Source of the DNA: Candidatus Binataceae bacterium
Lineage (GTDB): Bacteria > Desulfobacterota > Binatia > Binatales > Binataceae
Assembly (NCBI GenBank): GCA_049795175.1
Contig: JBARDN010000330.1
Coordinates: forward strand, 1-60,086
DNA length: 60,086 nt
Direction: 5' to 3'
Under the pieces are notes generated by a model. That model was not told where the DNA came from and did no database searches. It was given only the letters and a program-made list of their open reading frames with translations. Shown here in pieces: positions 10,317 through 19,768 of the stretch; the stretch's first letter is position 1; every line of letters begins with the position of its first letter. A program made the translations under genes and the position numbers.

Positions 10317-10810
10317 ACAATCGGATGCGTGCGTATATCATCGCCAGTATCGTCGCGTTCGCGGCGGCGGCAGGATGGGTGGGATGCGGTGTCAAGTCGC
10401 CGCCGATTCCTCGAGAGTACGCGCGCCCGCAAAAGATTCTCGATCTGCGCGCTGAATCCGAAAAGGGCGGGATCAAGCTTAGTTGGGGGCGACCCGATAC
10501 TTACGCGGGCGGCGCCACGATGCATAATCTTCAGTCGTTTCTGGTTATGCGAACGCAGGCGCACGGTACGTACCAGGAAATTGGCCGGGTTGAAGTGACC
10601 GACAACGGGCGCTTTCAGAAGCAGGAAACGTTTACCTATCGTGACTCGGATACGGTGCTTGGCCAGAGTTATAGTTACGAGATCGTTTCGATCACGAGCA
10701 CCGGATTCAAGAGCCAGCCGTCGAACGAGATCACGCTGGTGCGTTCGATTCCGCCACCGCCGCCAAATCCGGAGAATTTCGTCGTTCCGACTCCGGCGCC
10801 ACTTCCTTGA
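10313..10810 (+). CDS. Predicted lipoprotein with an Fn3/Ig-like beta-sandwich region and a Pro-rich tail
   Basis: MNNRMRAYIIASIVAFAAAAGWVGC (signal peptide plus lipobox), then LSWGRPDTYAGG...YSYEIVSITSTGFKSQPSNE (Fn3-like pattern), then PPPPPNPENFVVPTPAPLP. ATGA overlap with the argH stop. Confidence 0.6.
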   Translation: MNNRMRAYIIASIVAFAAAAGWVGCGVKSPPIPREYARPQKILDLRAESEKGGIKLSWGRPDTYAGGATMHNLQSFLVMRTQAHGTYQEIGRVEVTDNGRFQKQETFTYRDSDTVLGQSYSYEIVSITSTGFKSQPSNEITLVRSIPPPPPNPENFVVPTPAPLP

Positions 10811-10935
10811 TGTAGCGCCGGTTAAGACGCCGGCACGCGCCGCCTCGCGAGGCGTTTATTCGCCGAGTCCGGCTGTGGTAAAACCAATCTTCACTGTCAT
10901 AACTTCGGCTGCGGCGTAACCTTCCGCACAAAACC

Positions 10936-12195
10936 ATGAATTACTTCGAGTACAAAAACGATCAACTCTTCGCGGAAGAGGTTTCGCTGGCCGACCTGGC
11001 CAAGCGGGTCGGAACTCCATTTTACGTATATAGCGCGCGTACTCTGCGGCGGCATTTCCGCATTTTCGACGAAGCATTCTCCGGCACCGATCATCTGATC
11101 TGCTATGCGATGAAGGCGTTGTCGAATTTGAGCATTCTGAAACTTTTCGCCTCGATGGGCTCGGGTTTCGACATCGTGTCGGTAGGCGAGCTGATGCGAT
11201 GCATCCGCGCGGGTGCGGATCCGCGCACGATCGTCTTCTCGGGCGTCGGCAAAACCGAAGCGGAGATCGCAGCCGCACTCGACGCGGGTATCATGATGAT
11301 CAACGTCGAGTCGCGCCCAGAGCTGCATCGCATCGCGGAGGTCGCCGGCCGTATGCAGCGGCGCGCGCCGGTCAGTCTGCGCGTCAATCCCGATCTCGAT
11401 CCGGGAACGCATCCGCATATCTCGACCGGTCATCGCGATTCCAAGTTTGGCGTGCCGCTTTCGCAGGTGCGCGAATATTACGCAGAGGCGCGCGGGCTCA
11501 AGAATCTCGAGATCGTCGGACTCAGCACGCATATCGGATCGCAGATCACCGACACCGGTCCGTTCGCGGAAGCCGCCGGCAAGATCAAGAGCATCGTTAC
11601 GGACCTGCGCGCGTCGGGCGTGGAGCTTCACTATCTCGATATTGGCGGCGGGCTGGGAATTCCATACCAGGAAAATCCTCCTCCGCCGTCCGAGTACGCT
11701 GCGGCGATGCTCGGGCCGATCCGCGAGCTCGGGCTCAAGATCATCAGCGAGCCGGGACGCGTGCTGGTGGGCAACGCGGGCGTGCTGGTCACGCGCGTGC
11801 TGTACATGAAGGAAACCGACGTGAAGCGGTTCGTGATCGTGGACGGCGCGATGAACGATCTGATTCGTCCGGTCCTGTACGATGCGTATCATGCGATTAC
11901 CCAAGTCGATCGGCGCAAGGTCGGCAAGCTGATCGTCGCCGACGTGGTTGGGCCGGTGTGCGAGAGCGGAGATTTTTTCGCGCGCGAACGCGAGATGCCG
12001 CAACCCGCCGCCGGAGATCTGCTGGCGGTAATGAGCGCTGGCGCATACGGCTTCGTGATGGCGTCGAACTACAACAGCCGGCCGCGAGCGCCCGAGATTC
12101 TGGTCGATGGCGCGGAAGCGCATGTGATTCGCGAACGCGAGAGTTTTGAAGATCTCATTCGCGGTGAGAAGATCGTCGAGCTGAAGGAGCATTAA
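10936..12195 (+). CDS. lysA: Diaminopimelate decarboxylase
   Basis: GTPFYVYS, ICYAMKALSN, DIGGGLGIPY, GPVCESGDFF. Confidence 0.9.
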   Translation: MNYFEYKNDQLFAEEVSLADLAKRVGTPFYVYSARTLRRHFRIFDEAFSGTDHLICYAMKALSNLSILKLFASMGSGFDIVSVGELMRCIRAGADPRTIVFSGVGKTEAEIAAALDAGIMMINVESRPELHRIAEVAGRMQRRAPVSLRVNPDLDPGTHPHISTGHRDSKFGVPLSQVREYYAEARGLKNLEIVGLSTHIGSQITDTGPFAEAAGKIKSIVTDLRASGVELHYLDIGGGLGIPYQENPPPPSEYAAAMLGPIRELGLKIISEPGRVLVGNAGVLVTRVLYMKETDVKRFVIVDGAMNDLIRPVLYDAYHAITQVDRRKVGKLIVADVVGPVCESGDFFAREREMPQPAAGDLLAVMSAGAYGFVMASNYNSRPRAPEILVDGAEAHVIRERESFEDLIRGEKIVELKEH

Positions 12196-12203
12196 GACAA
12201 CCG

Positions 12204-13097
12204 ATGGCGACGCTCGAATTCACCAAGATGCACGGATGCGGCAACGATTATGTTTACATCGTTGCGCTGAAGGCGCGTCCGGCGGATCCGGCGGCGCTGG
12301 CCGTGCGCGTAGCGGATCGGCATTTCGGGATCGGCGGCGACGGCCTGATCATGCTTGCGCCGTCGCGCACCGCGGACGTGCGGATGGAGATGTACAACGC
12401 CGACGGCAGCCGCGGCGCCATGTGCGGCAACGGAATCCGCTGCGTTGCGCGGCTTGCCTATGAACGCGGTATCGCGCGCAAGAATCCGATGGTCGTCGAG
12501 ACCGATTCGGGACTGAAGACGATCGAGCTTAGGTTCGAGGCCGGCGCCGTCGTAGGTGCCACGGTAGATATGGGCGAGCCGATTCTCGAGGGCCGGGAGA
12601 TTCCCGTCGCTGCCGATGGCAGGATCATCGACTATCCGCTCGAAGTCGGCGGCCGGCGCGAGATGATCACCGCGGTCTCGATGGGCAATCCGCACTGCGT
12701 GGTCTTCGTGAACGATGACGCTATCCACAAAATGGACGCGTGGGAATTTGCGCGGCTCGGGCGCCAGTTCGAGACGCACGCGTTTTTTCCTCGGCGTGTA
12801 AACACTGAATTTATTCTGCCGGTCTCGCGCACGCATCTGAAAATGCGCGTATGGGAGCGCGGCTCCGGCGAGACTCTCGCGTGCGGCACGGGCGCATGCG
12901 CTGCGATGGTCGCGGCGGTGCTGTCTGGACGCGCGGAGCGCAAGGCGACAGTCGGGCTGCGCGGCGGTGACCTCGAGATCGAATGGCGTGAAAAGGGCGC
13001 CGGCGCGAATCACGTCTTCATGACCGGAAACGCGGTCGAGGTTTTCAGAGGCGAGATCGAACTCGGGTCCGCCGAGATAGTACCGGTCAAGGACTAG
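12204..13097 (+). CDS. dapF: Diaminopimelate epimerase
   Basis: FTKMHGCGNDYVY, AMCGNGIRC, ERGSGETLACGTGACA (both catalytic Cys boxes present). Confidence 0.95.
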   Translation: MATLEFTKMHGCGNDYVYIVALKARPADPAALAVRVADRHFGIGGDGLIMLAPSRTADVRMEMYNADGSRGAMCGNGIRCVARLAYERGIARKNPMVVETDSGLKTIELRFEAGAVVGATVDMGEPILEGREIPVAADGRIIDYPLEVGGRREMITAVSMGNPHCVVFVNDDAIHKMDAWEFARLGRQFETHAFFPRRVNTEFILPVSRTHLKMRVWERGSGETLACGTGACAAMVAAVLSGRAERKATVGLRGGDLEIEWREKGAGANHVFMTGNAVEVFRGEIELGSAEIVPVKD

Positions 13098-13117
13098 CCG
13101 TAGCGGAGGATTGGCAG

Positions 13118-13990
13118 ATGTTCAATGGAGCGCTCACTGCACTCATCACGCCGTTTCGCGACGGCGCGGTTGACGAACCCGCGCTGCGCGATCTGGTCGA
13201 GTGGCAGATTCAAAGCGGCATCGACGGGTTGGTGCCGTGCGGCTCGACCGGAGAGTCGGCCACGCTCACGCACGAAGAGCATGAACGCGTGGTCATGATC
13301 ACGATCGAGCAGGCACGCAAGCGCGTACCGGTCATTGCTGGGACCGGCTCGAACGCGACCGCCGAAGCGATTCGCCTGACCGCGTCGGCGCGGGCGATGG
13401 GCGCCGACGGGGCGCTCCTGATCTCGCCCTACTACAACAAGCCGACCCAGGAAGGGATTTTCAGGCACTACAAACTGATTGCGGCGAGCGTCGATCTGCC
13501 GCTGGTGGTTTACAACATCCCGGGCCGCACCGCCTCGAATATCGCACCTGAAACCTTCGCGCGGCTGTCCGAGATCAAAAATATAGTCGGGGTCAAAGAA
13601 GCCTCGGGCTCGATGGACCAGGTGTCGGACATCCTTCGGCTCTGCGGCGATCGCCTGGCGATTCTCTCAGGTGACGACGCGCTGACGCTGCCGATCATGG
13701 CGCTCGGTGGGAAAGGTGTGATCTCGACGGCTTCGAATGTGATGCCGCGCGAAATGCATGAGCTTGCGGCAGCGGCGCTCGCCGGCGATTTCCAGCGCGG
13801 GCGCGTCGTGCATTACCGGCTGCTGCCGCTGCTGCGTATGCTGTTCATCGAAACCAATCCGATTCCGCTAAAGTGCGCGCTCGCGCTGATGGGTAAATGC
13901 GCGAACGAACTTCGTCTGCCGCTGGTGCCAATGACCGCGGCCGCGAGTGAAAAGCTGAAGGCGACGATGAAAGAGCTGCAGCTCCTCTAG
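13118..13990 (+). CDS. dapA: 4-hydroxy-tetrahydrodipicolinate synthase
   Basis: GALTALITPF, VPCGSTGES, VVYNIPGRT, VGVKEASG. Confidence 0.95.
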   Translation: MFNGALTALITPFRDGAVDEPALRDLVEWQIQSGIDGLVPCGSTGESATLTHEEHERVVMITIEQARKRVPVIAGTGSNATAEAIRLTASARAMGADGALLISPYYNKPTQEGIFRHYKLIAASVDLPLVVYNIPGRTASNIAPETFARLSEIKNIVGVKEASGSMDQVSDILRLCGDRLAILSGDDALTLPIMALGGKGVISTASNVMPREMHELAAAALAGDFQRGRVVHYRLLPLLRMLFIETNPIPLKCALALMGKCANELRLPLVPMTAAASEKLKATMKELQLL

Positions 13991-14352
13991 CCGCGCGGCT
14001 CTATCAGTTCGATCCTGTTGCCGAACGGATCATCCACATAGACTCTGTCGTAACCCTCGAGCGGATCGTCGCCGACGACGCGGCGTCCCGCGCGCCTGAG
14101 CACGTCGGCGAGTGCGGGCAGATCTTCGATGACTAGAGCGGAATGCGCTTTGCGCGCGGGTGCGAATTCCTTTTCGACGCCGAGATGGATTTTGAGCGCG
14201 CCATGCTCGAACCAGCATCCTCCGCGCGCGGCGAGATGAGGAGGCTTGGGCTGCTCGGGAATTTGGAGCAAGCCGGTATAGAAGGCGCGCGCCTCGGCTT
14301 CGCGACCAGGAGGCATCGCCAACTGCACATGGTCGATTGCGCGGACTTTCAT
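13987..14352 (-). CDS. Glyoxalase/bleomycin-resistance/dioxygenase (VOC) family protein
   Basis: Track ORF 13987..14391; start at ATG 14352 (MKVRAIDHVQLAMPPGREAEARAFYTGLL ... DPFGNRIELIE). Typical VOC beta-alpha-beta-beta-beta pattern. Confidence 0.7.
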   Translation of the reverse strand: MKVRAIDHVQLAMPPGREAEARAFYTGLLQIPEQPKPPHLAARGGCWFEHGALKIHLGVEKEFAPARKAHSALVIEDLPALADVLRRAGRRVVGDDPLEGYDRVYVDDPFGNRIELIEPRG

Positions 14353-14394
14353 ATGCGAAAGTTGGCCCCGCGCACGCCTCCGGTCAAGCACTTG

Positions 14395-14422
14395 AAAAAA
14401 AACCGGCAGGAAATCCTGCCGG
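14395..14422 (-). terminator. Rho-independent terminator after the downstream alcohol dehydrogenase gene
   Basis: Plus strand reads AAAAAAAA-CCGGCAGG-AAAT-CCTGCCGG. On the minus strand this is an 8-bp GC stem followed by T8, about 33 nt after the stop at 14455. Confidence 0.8.
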
Positions 14423-14454
14423 CTCGTTAAGACCAGGTTGATCCAGGTGCTACG

Positions 14455-15540
14455 CTAGTCGAACATCAGCACCGTGCGCGCGACCTCGCCCGCCTTCATC
14501 GCGCGGAACGCCTCGTTGACGTCCTCGAGCTTGCCGCGGCGCGTGATCATGTCGTCGAGGTCGATTCGTCCCTGGCGATAGAGATCGATAATCCGCGGCA
14601 TGTCGATACGGAAGCGGTTCGACCCCATGAAGCAGCCCTGGATGCGCTTCTCGTACAGCAGCGAGAAGCCGTCCACGTCAACCTTCTGCCCGAGCGGCAC
14701 CATCCCGACGATGGTCGCGATTCCGCCGGGGCGAATCGATTCATAGGCCTGCTCGGCCGCGACCTTGAGACCGATCGCCTCGAACGAGTAGTCAACGCCA
14801 TCGCCGGTGAGGGCACGAATTTGCTCGACCGGATTGCCCGCCGACGCATCGACCATGTGCGTTGCGCCGAGCTTCTTGGCGAGATCGAGCTTGGTCTTGA
14901 ACTTATCTACCGCGATGATCATCCGCGCGCCTGCGATACGCGCGCCCTGGATAATTGCGAGTCCAACTCCGCCCGCGCCGAACACCGCTACCTGCGAGCC
15001 CGGCGAGACCTTCGCGGTATTCAGCGCTGCGCCGACGCCCGTCATGACGCCGCATCCGATAAGCGCAGCGCGGTCGAGCGGCACGTCTTTGTCGATTTTC
15101 ACCAGCGCGTTTTCATGCACCAGCATCTGTTCGGCGTATCCCGAGAGATCAGCGAACTGATTGACCAGCTTGCCCTTCTGTGACAGGCGCGGCTTGTCGT
15201 TTTGTCCGCGCTGCGTCGCGGCCTTGTTCGAGCACAGGTTGGGATGGCCCGACATGCATTCCTCGCAGTAGCCGCAGAAAACGCTCAGACATGCGATCAC
15301 GTGATCGCCGGGCGCGAGGTAGGTGACCTGCGAGCCGACTTTCTCGACTACACCTGCCGCCTCGTGGCCGAGGATCGCGGGCGTCGGCCACATGTAAAGC
15401 CCGTCGACGAAGTGCAAGTCGCTGTGGCACACGCCGCTGGCGACGGTACGGACCAAGACTTCGCGCTCCTTCGGATTGTCGATATCGACCTGCTCGATCG
15501 TGAGCGCCTGGCCGGGACCGTGATATATCGCTGCTTTCAT
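14455..15540 (-). CDS. Zn-dependent alcohol dehydrogenase (class III-like MDR), paralog 1
   Basis: 361 aa. VASGVCHSDLHF, GHEAAGVVEKVG (catalytic Zn), CGYCEECMSGHPNLC (structural Zn), AVFGAGGVG (Rossmann fold). Confidence 0.85.
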   Translation of the reverse strand: MKAAIYHGPGQALTIEQVDIDNPKEREVLVRTVASGVCHSDLHFVDGLYMWPTPAILGHEAAGVVEKVGSQVTYLAPGDHVIACLSVFCGYCEECMSGHPNLCSNKAATQRGQNDKPRLSQKGKLVNQFADLSGYAEQMLVHENALVKIDKDVPLDRAALIGCGVMTGVGAALNTAKVSPGSQVAVFGAGGVGLAIIQGARIAGARMIIAVDKFKTKLDLAKKLGATHMVDASAGNPVEQIRALTGDGVDYSFEAIGLKVAAEQAYESIRPGGIATIVGMVPLGQKVDVDGFSLLYEKRIQGCFMGSNRFRIDMPRIIDLYRQGRIDLDDMITRRGKLEDVNEAFRAMKAGEVARTVLMFD

Positions 15541-15577
15541 TTTGATTATGCTCCTCGTGTCATAGTCGTTGCGCGCG

Positions 15578-16663
15578 TTACTCGAACATCAGGACCGTAC
15601 GCGCGACCTCTCCGGCCTTCATCGCCCGGAACGCTTCGTTCACATCCTCGAGCTTGCCGCGGCGGCTGATCATCTCGTCGAGCTTGAGGCGTCCCTGCAG
15701 GTAGAAATCGAGATAGCGCGGCATGTCGATCCGGAAACGATTCGAGCCCATGTTGCTGCCCTGCAGTTTGCGCTCGGTCAGGAACATGTAGCCGTCGAGT
15801 TCGACCTTCTGCCCGACGGGGATCATTCCGATCACGGTCGCGGTGCCGCCGGGCCTGAGCGAGTTGAATGCCTGCTCGGCGGCCTTCTTGAGGCCGATCG
15901 CTTCGAAAGCATAATCGACGCCGCCGCCGGTAAGCTTCTTGATCTCGTCGATCGGATCGCTCGACGACGCATCGACGGTGTCGGTCGCGCCGAGCCGCTT
16001 CGCCATCGCGAGCTTGCCCTCGAACATATCGACCGCGATAATCTTGCGCGCACCCGCGATCCGTGCGCCCTGAATCGCCGCGAGTCCCACACCGCCGCAT
16101 CCGAACACTGCGACCGTCGAGCCCGGCTCGACCTTGGCGGTATTGAGCACCGCGCCGACGCCAGTGGTGACGCCGCATCCGACCAGCGCTGCGCGATCGA
16201 GCGGGATGTCGTCGCTGATCTTCACGATCGCATTCTCATGCAACAGCATCCGCTCGCAGTAAGATGATACATCCAGGAACTGGTTGATCAGCTTGCCCTT
16301 CTGCGACAGGCGCGGCTTGTCTTTGGGGTCGCGCTGCGTCGCCGCCTTGTTCGTGCATCGGTTCGGATGCCCTGACATGCACTGCTCGCAGCCGCCGCAG
16401 TAAACGCTGAGGCACGCGATCACATGATCGCCCGGCTTGACGTAAGTGACCTGGCGGCCGACTTCCTCGACAATCCCGGCGGCTTCATGCCCGAGTACCG
16501 CGGGCGCCGCGTATGGATACAGTCCATCGACGAAGTGCAGATCGCTATGGCAGACGCCGCTGGCGACAGTGCGAATCTTGACCTCGCGGTCTTGCGGCTT
16601 ATCGACCTCGATATCTTCGATACTGAGTGGTTGCTTGGGACCATGAAACACGGCGGCTTTCAT
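15578..16663 (-). CDS. Zn-dependent alcohol dehydrogenase (class III-like MDR), paralog 2
   Basis: Track ORF 15578..16783; ATG 16663 follows AAGGAG and gives 361 aa (MKAAVFHGPKQPLSIEDIEV). Same motifs as paralog 1 and collinear with it over the full length. Confidence 0.85.
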   Translation of the reverse strand: MKAAVFHGPKQPLSIEDIEVDKPQDREVKIRTVASGVCHSDLHFVDGLYPYAAPAVLGHEAAGIVEEVGRQVTYVKPGDHVIACLSVYCGGCEQCMSGHPNRCTNKAATQRDPKDKPRLSQKGKLINQFLDVSSYCERMLLHENAIVKISDDIPLDRAALVGCGVTTGVGAVLNTAKVEPGSTVAVFGCGGVGLAAIQGARIAGARKIIAVDMFEGKLAMAKRLGATDTVDASSSDPIDEIKKLTGGGVDYAFEAIGLKKAAEQAFNSLRPGGTATVIGMIPVGQKVELDGYMFLTERKLQGSNMGSNRFRIDMPRYLDFYLQGRLKLDEMISRRGKLEDVNEAFRAMKAGEVARTVLMFE

Positions 16664-16846
16664 TCGGGCTCTCCTTAATCTTTGTAAATTAACCCGTACA
16701 ACTTTGGCGCGGCCTGCACCACGCATCGGGCGCGGGAACACGCCTCGATCTCTCTTAGTACCACATTGACGGTGGTTTTCCACAGGCGCGAGAGAGGCGG
16801 CGACGTGTGCTTTGCATCGTTGGTGGCGCGCCCGCTAGCCTTTGGT

Positions 16847-17992
16847 ATGCGTCGATTTTCACTCGCCATGAAGGCGATGATCGCGCTCGTGCTCGTCTGC
16901 GCGATCGCGCTTGCTGCCGTGCGTCCGGCGCGCGCAGAGATTGCCGCCGCGACGCGCGCCCGTATCGACGAGATCGCGTCGGTGCCGGTCGCGCGTGGCG
17001 AGGTGCCGGCGGTCATGGTCGGCGTCATCTCCGGCAACGATCGGATGATCCGCTCATTCGGCGAGACTGCGCTCGGCTCCGGCGTGCGGCCAACGGCTAC
17101 GACTGAGTGGGAGATCGGATCGATCACCAAAACGTTCACCGCGATGCTGCTGGCGCTGTACGTTCAGCGCGGCGTGGTGCAGTACGACGATCCGCTGCAG
17201 AAGTACGTGCCCGACGGCGTGCGCGTCCCACGCTACCGAAGGCGCCCGATAACTCTGCTCGATCTCGCCACGCACACTTCTGGCCTTCCGAAGGATCCGG
17301 ATCTGAGCGGCGTTCGGCACCTTGATACGGCGACGATGTATCAGCGGCTGGGCGCTTATCAGCTCACTCGCGCTCCGGGCCGGCAATTTGAGTACTCGAA
17401 CTGGGGCTTCGCACTGTTGGCACACGCGCTGATGCGCGCGACCGGCGACGATTACCAGAAATTGGTCGAGCGCGAGATCTGCGCGCCGCTCGGGATGATC
17501 GACACGCGCATCGATCTCACTGCGGATGAAGTTGCGCGACAGGCGCAGGGTTACGGTCCCGAGGGTTTTCCGCGGCCGCACGAGAACGTGACCTGGCCAG
17601 CCTTCAATGGAGCGGGCGCGCTGCGCTCTACAACGGCCGATATGATACGCTATCTCGCGTACAACATGGGCCAGACGAAAACGCCGCTCGACACGCTTTT
17701 GCCCGATTTGCACAAACGATGGCATCGCGGCGCACGCGATGAAACCTCAGTTGGGCTCGCCTGGCAAATGCTTCCGATGCGCGGAGCGCGCAAGACCGTG
17801 ATCTGGAAGAACGGCGCGACCTCCGGCTTTTTCAGCTACATCGGCTTTGTGAAGGAGACCGGCACCGGCGTGATCGTTCTGGCTAACCGCAAGGTTTCAG
17901 TCGGCCGAATCGGAATGCAAATCCTGCGAACGCTCAATGGAGCGGGCAGTATTATCGAACAGGAACCACAGGACGGGGACCCGGACCAATAG
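16847..17992 (+). CDS. Secreted serine hydrolase, beta-lactamase/PBP4* (class C-like) family
   Basis: Track ORF 16766..17992; ATG 16847 gives the signal peptide MRRFSLAMKAMIALVLVCAIALAAVRPARA. SxxK motif in EIGSITKTFTA; YxN motif in YSNWG. Confidence 0.75.
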   Translation: MRRFSLAMKAMIALVLVCAIALAAVRPARAEIAAATRARIDEIASVPVARGEVPAVMVGVISGNDRMIRSFGETALGSGVRPTATTEWEIGSITKTFTAMLLALYVQRGVVQYDDPLQKYVPDGVRVPRYRRRPITLLDLATHTSGLPKDPDLSGVRHLDTATMYQRLGAYQLTRAPGRQFEYSNWGFALLAHALMRATGDDYQKLVEREICAPLGMIDTRIDLTADEVARQAQGYGPEGFPRPHENVTWPAFNGAGALRSTTADMIRYLAYNMGQTKTPLDTLLPDLHKRWHRGARDETSVGLAWQMLPMRGARKTVIWKNGATSGFFSYIGFVKETGTGVIVLANRKVSVGRIGMQILRTLNGAGSIIEQEPQDGDPDQ

Positions 17993-18019
17993 AACGACGC
18001 CAGAACTTAGCGCGATCGA

Positions 18020-19624
18020 TCAAGGAAATGTGGTCGGCGGATTAGCTCCTTCAATCGGTTCGCCAACAATCTTCGCGGCGGTCGAGCCGGCACGCGCATA
18101 TAGAAAGGTATCGCTGTCGCGATAGATGAGCTTCCATTTAAGATCGCGCGCGATCACCCGATTAGCCAGATCATCTGGGGGGAGCATTATATAGTCATGC
18201 GGCCATCGCGCAAGAATCGCGTCGGCGCTGGGTTGGTCGAAATGAAATAGCATGAACGCACGCAGCACGTCCTGCGGATAGACAGTGTCATAACGTCCGT
18301 CCATGAAGACCTTTGACTCAGGCGACATATGCCAGATTAGGTATTCGCCCCACAGGAAATTGTCGAGTATATTTCCGTGCAAACCGTGTGATTGCATGAA
18401 CGCAACCGCTCCCGCCGGATATCTCTCGCGCGCCGTCAGCCGTTTCGAGAAGAAGCCGGTGCCTATCAGAATCGCAAGAGCAGCCAAGACCGGTAGAAGC
18501 TGATTTCTCAAATTCGCGGATGGCTTCGGCGCTGTCTGCTCCGGTTGCGCGGCCTTTCCAAGCCGCCTGGCAGCGATCGCGCCGTGGCGCGTGAGTGGGC
18601 TCGCCATCGCGATTATCGCTATCGATTCATTACGTATCGCGAGGATCGCCGCAACGCCCATCACAGCAGAGATTGCGAGCATCGGCAGATCGTCGATATC
18701 ACGCGAAATAGCGACTGCGATAGCCAATGCCGCCATCATGCCAAGCGGCAACGCGTCGTAGGCCGCGGATGCGAGACTTTGCCGGCTAACCACCGCGAGC
18801 GAGTGAAATAGCGGCTGCCAGTCCGCGACTGCGATCCGGGTGTATGGGTTGTGCAGAGCGTGAGCGACCGCAATCCAGGTCCCGATTCCGTACGGAGTGA
18901 GAAGAGTCGCCGCTGCGGCTCCGACGGTGATCGCTCCGAGGCCGACCGCGCGTCGGATCCCGTCGCCGTGCATCCAGTCGCAAGCGGCCGAAACGGACGC
19001 ATAGGTTCCCAACGCGGCGAGTCCCATAATGAATCCGCCGTGCAGATTGGCCCACAGGGCCAGCATCGGAATTGTGATCCACAACCCTCCGCGCCGGCGG
19101 TAGGTATCGCGCGCGAGAAGAAACATCAGGATGGCGAACAGTGCGAAGGTGAATATTTGTGGCCGAAACTGCATGCTCGGTGCGATCACCACGGCGCTAA
19201 GAACCAGCACCAGAAGTTGCGTCAGTTCGGAAGCATTGGATTCACTCTCGGCGAGCGCCACGAACACGATCGTGATCGCCGCGGCGCAGAGCTTCGCCAA
19301 CTTAAGTCCGAATACTCCAAACGTGTTGAACAGCAGAGCATCGACTAACTCCGATAGCCATTCATGATTGAGCCACAAATGACGGGCCGCGGAGTACGAA
19401 TAAGGGTCGTGCAGAATCAGATGTCCCTGTTCAAGGACTGCGCGTCCGAAAGTAATATGTCCCCACAAATCCGGATCTGCAAAGCGCACCGCGTCGGCGA
19501 TCGCAATCACAATCAAGACGAATCCAGGCGTCTGACGAAGAAGTGATACGGAGCGCGGACGCTGACGCAGCCCCGGCTCGGGCGGCTCCCGCAGACTATG
19601 GCTTTCTGTTGCGTCCACCACCAC
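18020..19624 (-). CDS. Polytopic integral membrane protein with a C-terminal soluble domain (GT-C-like glycosyltransferase suspected, family unknown), paralog A
   Basis: 534 aa with many hydrophobic segments. Shared boxes with paralog B: ADPDLWGH, NHEWLSE, QFRPQIFT, LWANLHGGF, YPAGA.AFM. The C-terminal part of about 120 aa is non-hydrophobic. Confidence 0.5.
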   Translation of the reverse strand: MVVDATESHSLREPPEPGLRQRPRSVSLLRQTPGFVLIVIAIADAVRFADPDLWGHITFGRAVLEQGHLILHDPYSYSAARHLWLNHEWLSELVDALLFNTFGVFGLKLAKLCAAAITIVFVALAESESNASELTQLLVLVLSAVVIAPSMQFRPQIFTFALFAILMFLLARDTYRRRGGLWITIPMLALWANLHGGFIMGLAALGTYASVSAACDWMHGDGIRRAVGLGAITVGAAAATLLTPYGIGTWIAVAHALHNPYTRIAVADWQPLFHSLAVVSRQSLASAAYDALPLGMMAALAIAVAISRDIDDLPMLAISAVMGVAAILAIRNESIAIIAMASPLTRHGAIAARRLGKAAQPEQTAPKPSANLRNQLLPVLAALAILIGTGFFSKRLTARERYPAGAVAFMQSHGLHGNILDNFLWGEYLIWHMSPESKVFMDGRYDTVYPQDVLRAFMLFHFDQPSADAILARWPHDYIMLPPDDLANRVIARDLKWKLIYRDSDTFLYARAGSTAAKIVGEPIEGANPPTTFP

Positions 19625-19768
19625 TGTCTCTGGAGATTACGGAAAATCCTGTCCGCGGACGATTCCAGACGCTAGCATCGATGCTTTACGTAGCATCGGC
19701 GTCGCAGTATCGACGGCTGAGTGTGAATCGTCGAACCTCATAGCGGCGAGCGGCACTCTGGAATCCAT

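Noticed and set aside
10897-12192. 431-aa ORF antisense to lysA (and the 316-aa alternate-frame ORF 11199..12149)
   Set aside because: Both are Arg-rich low-complexity translations overlapping a clear lysA. They are GC-driven shadow ORFs.
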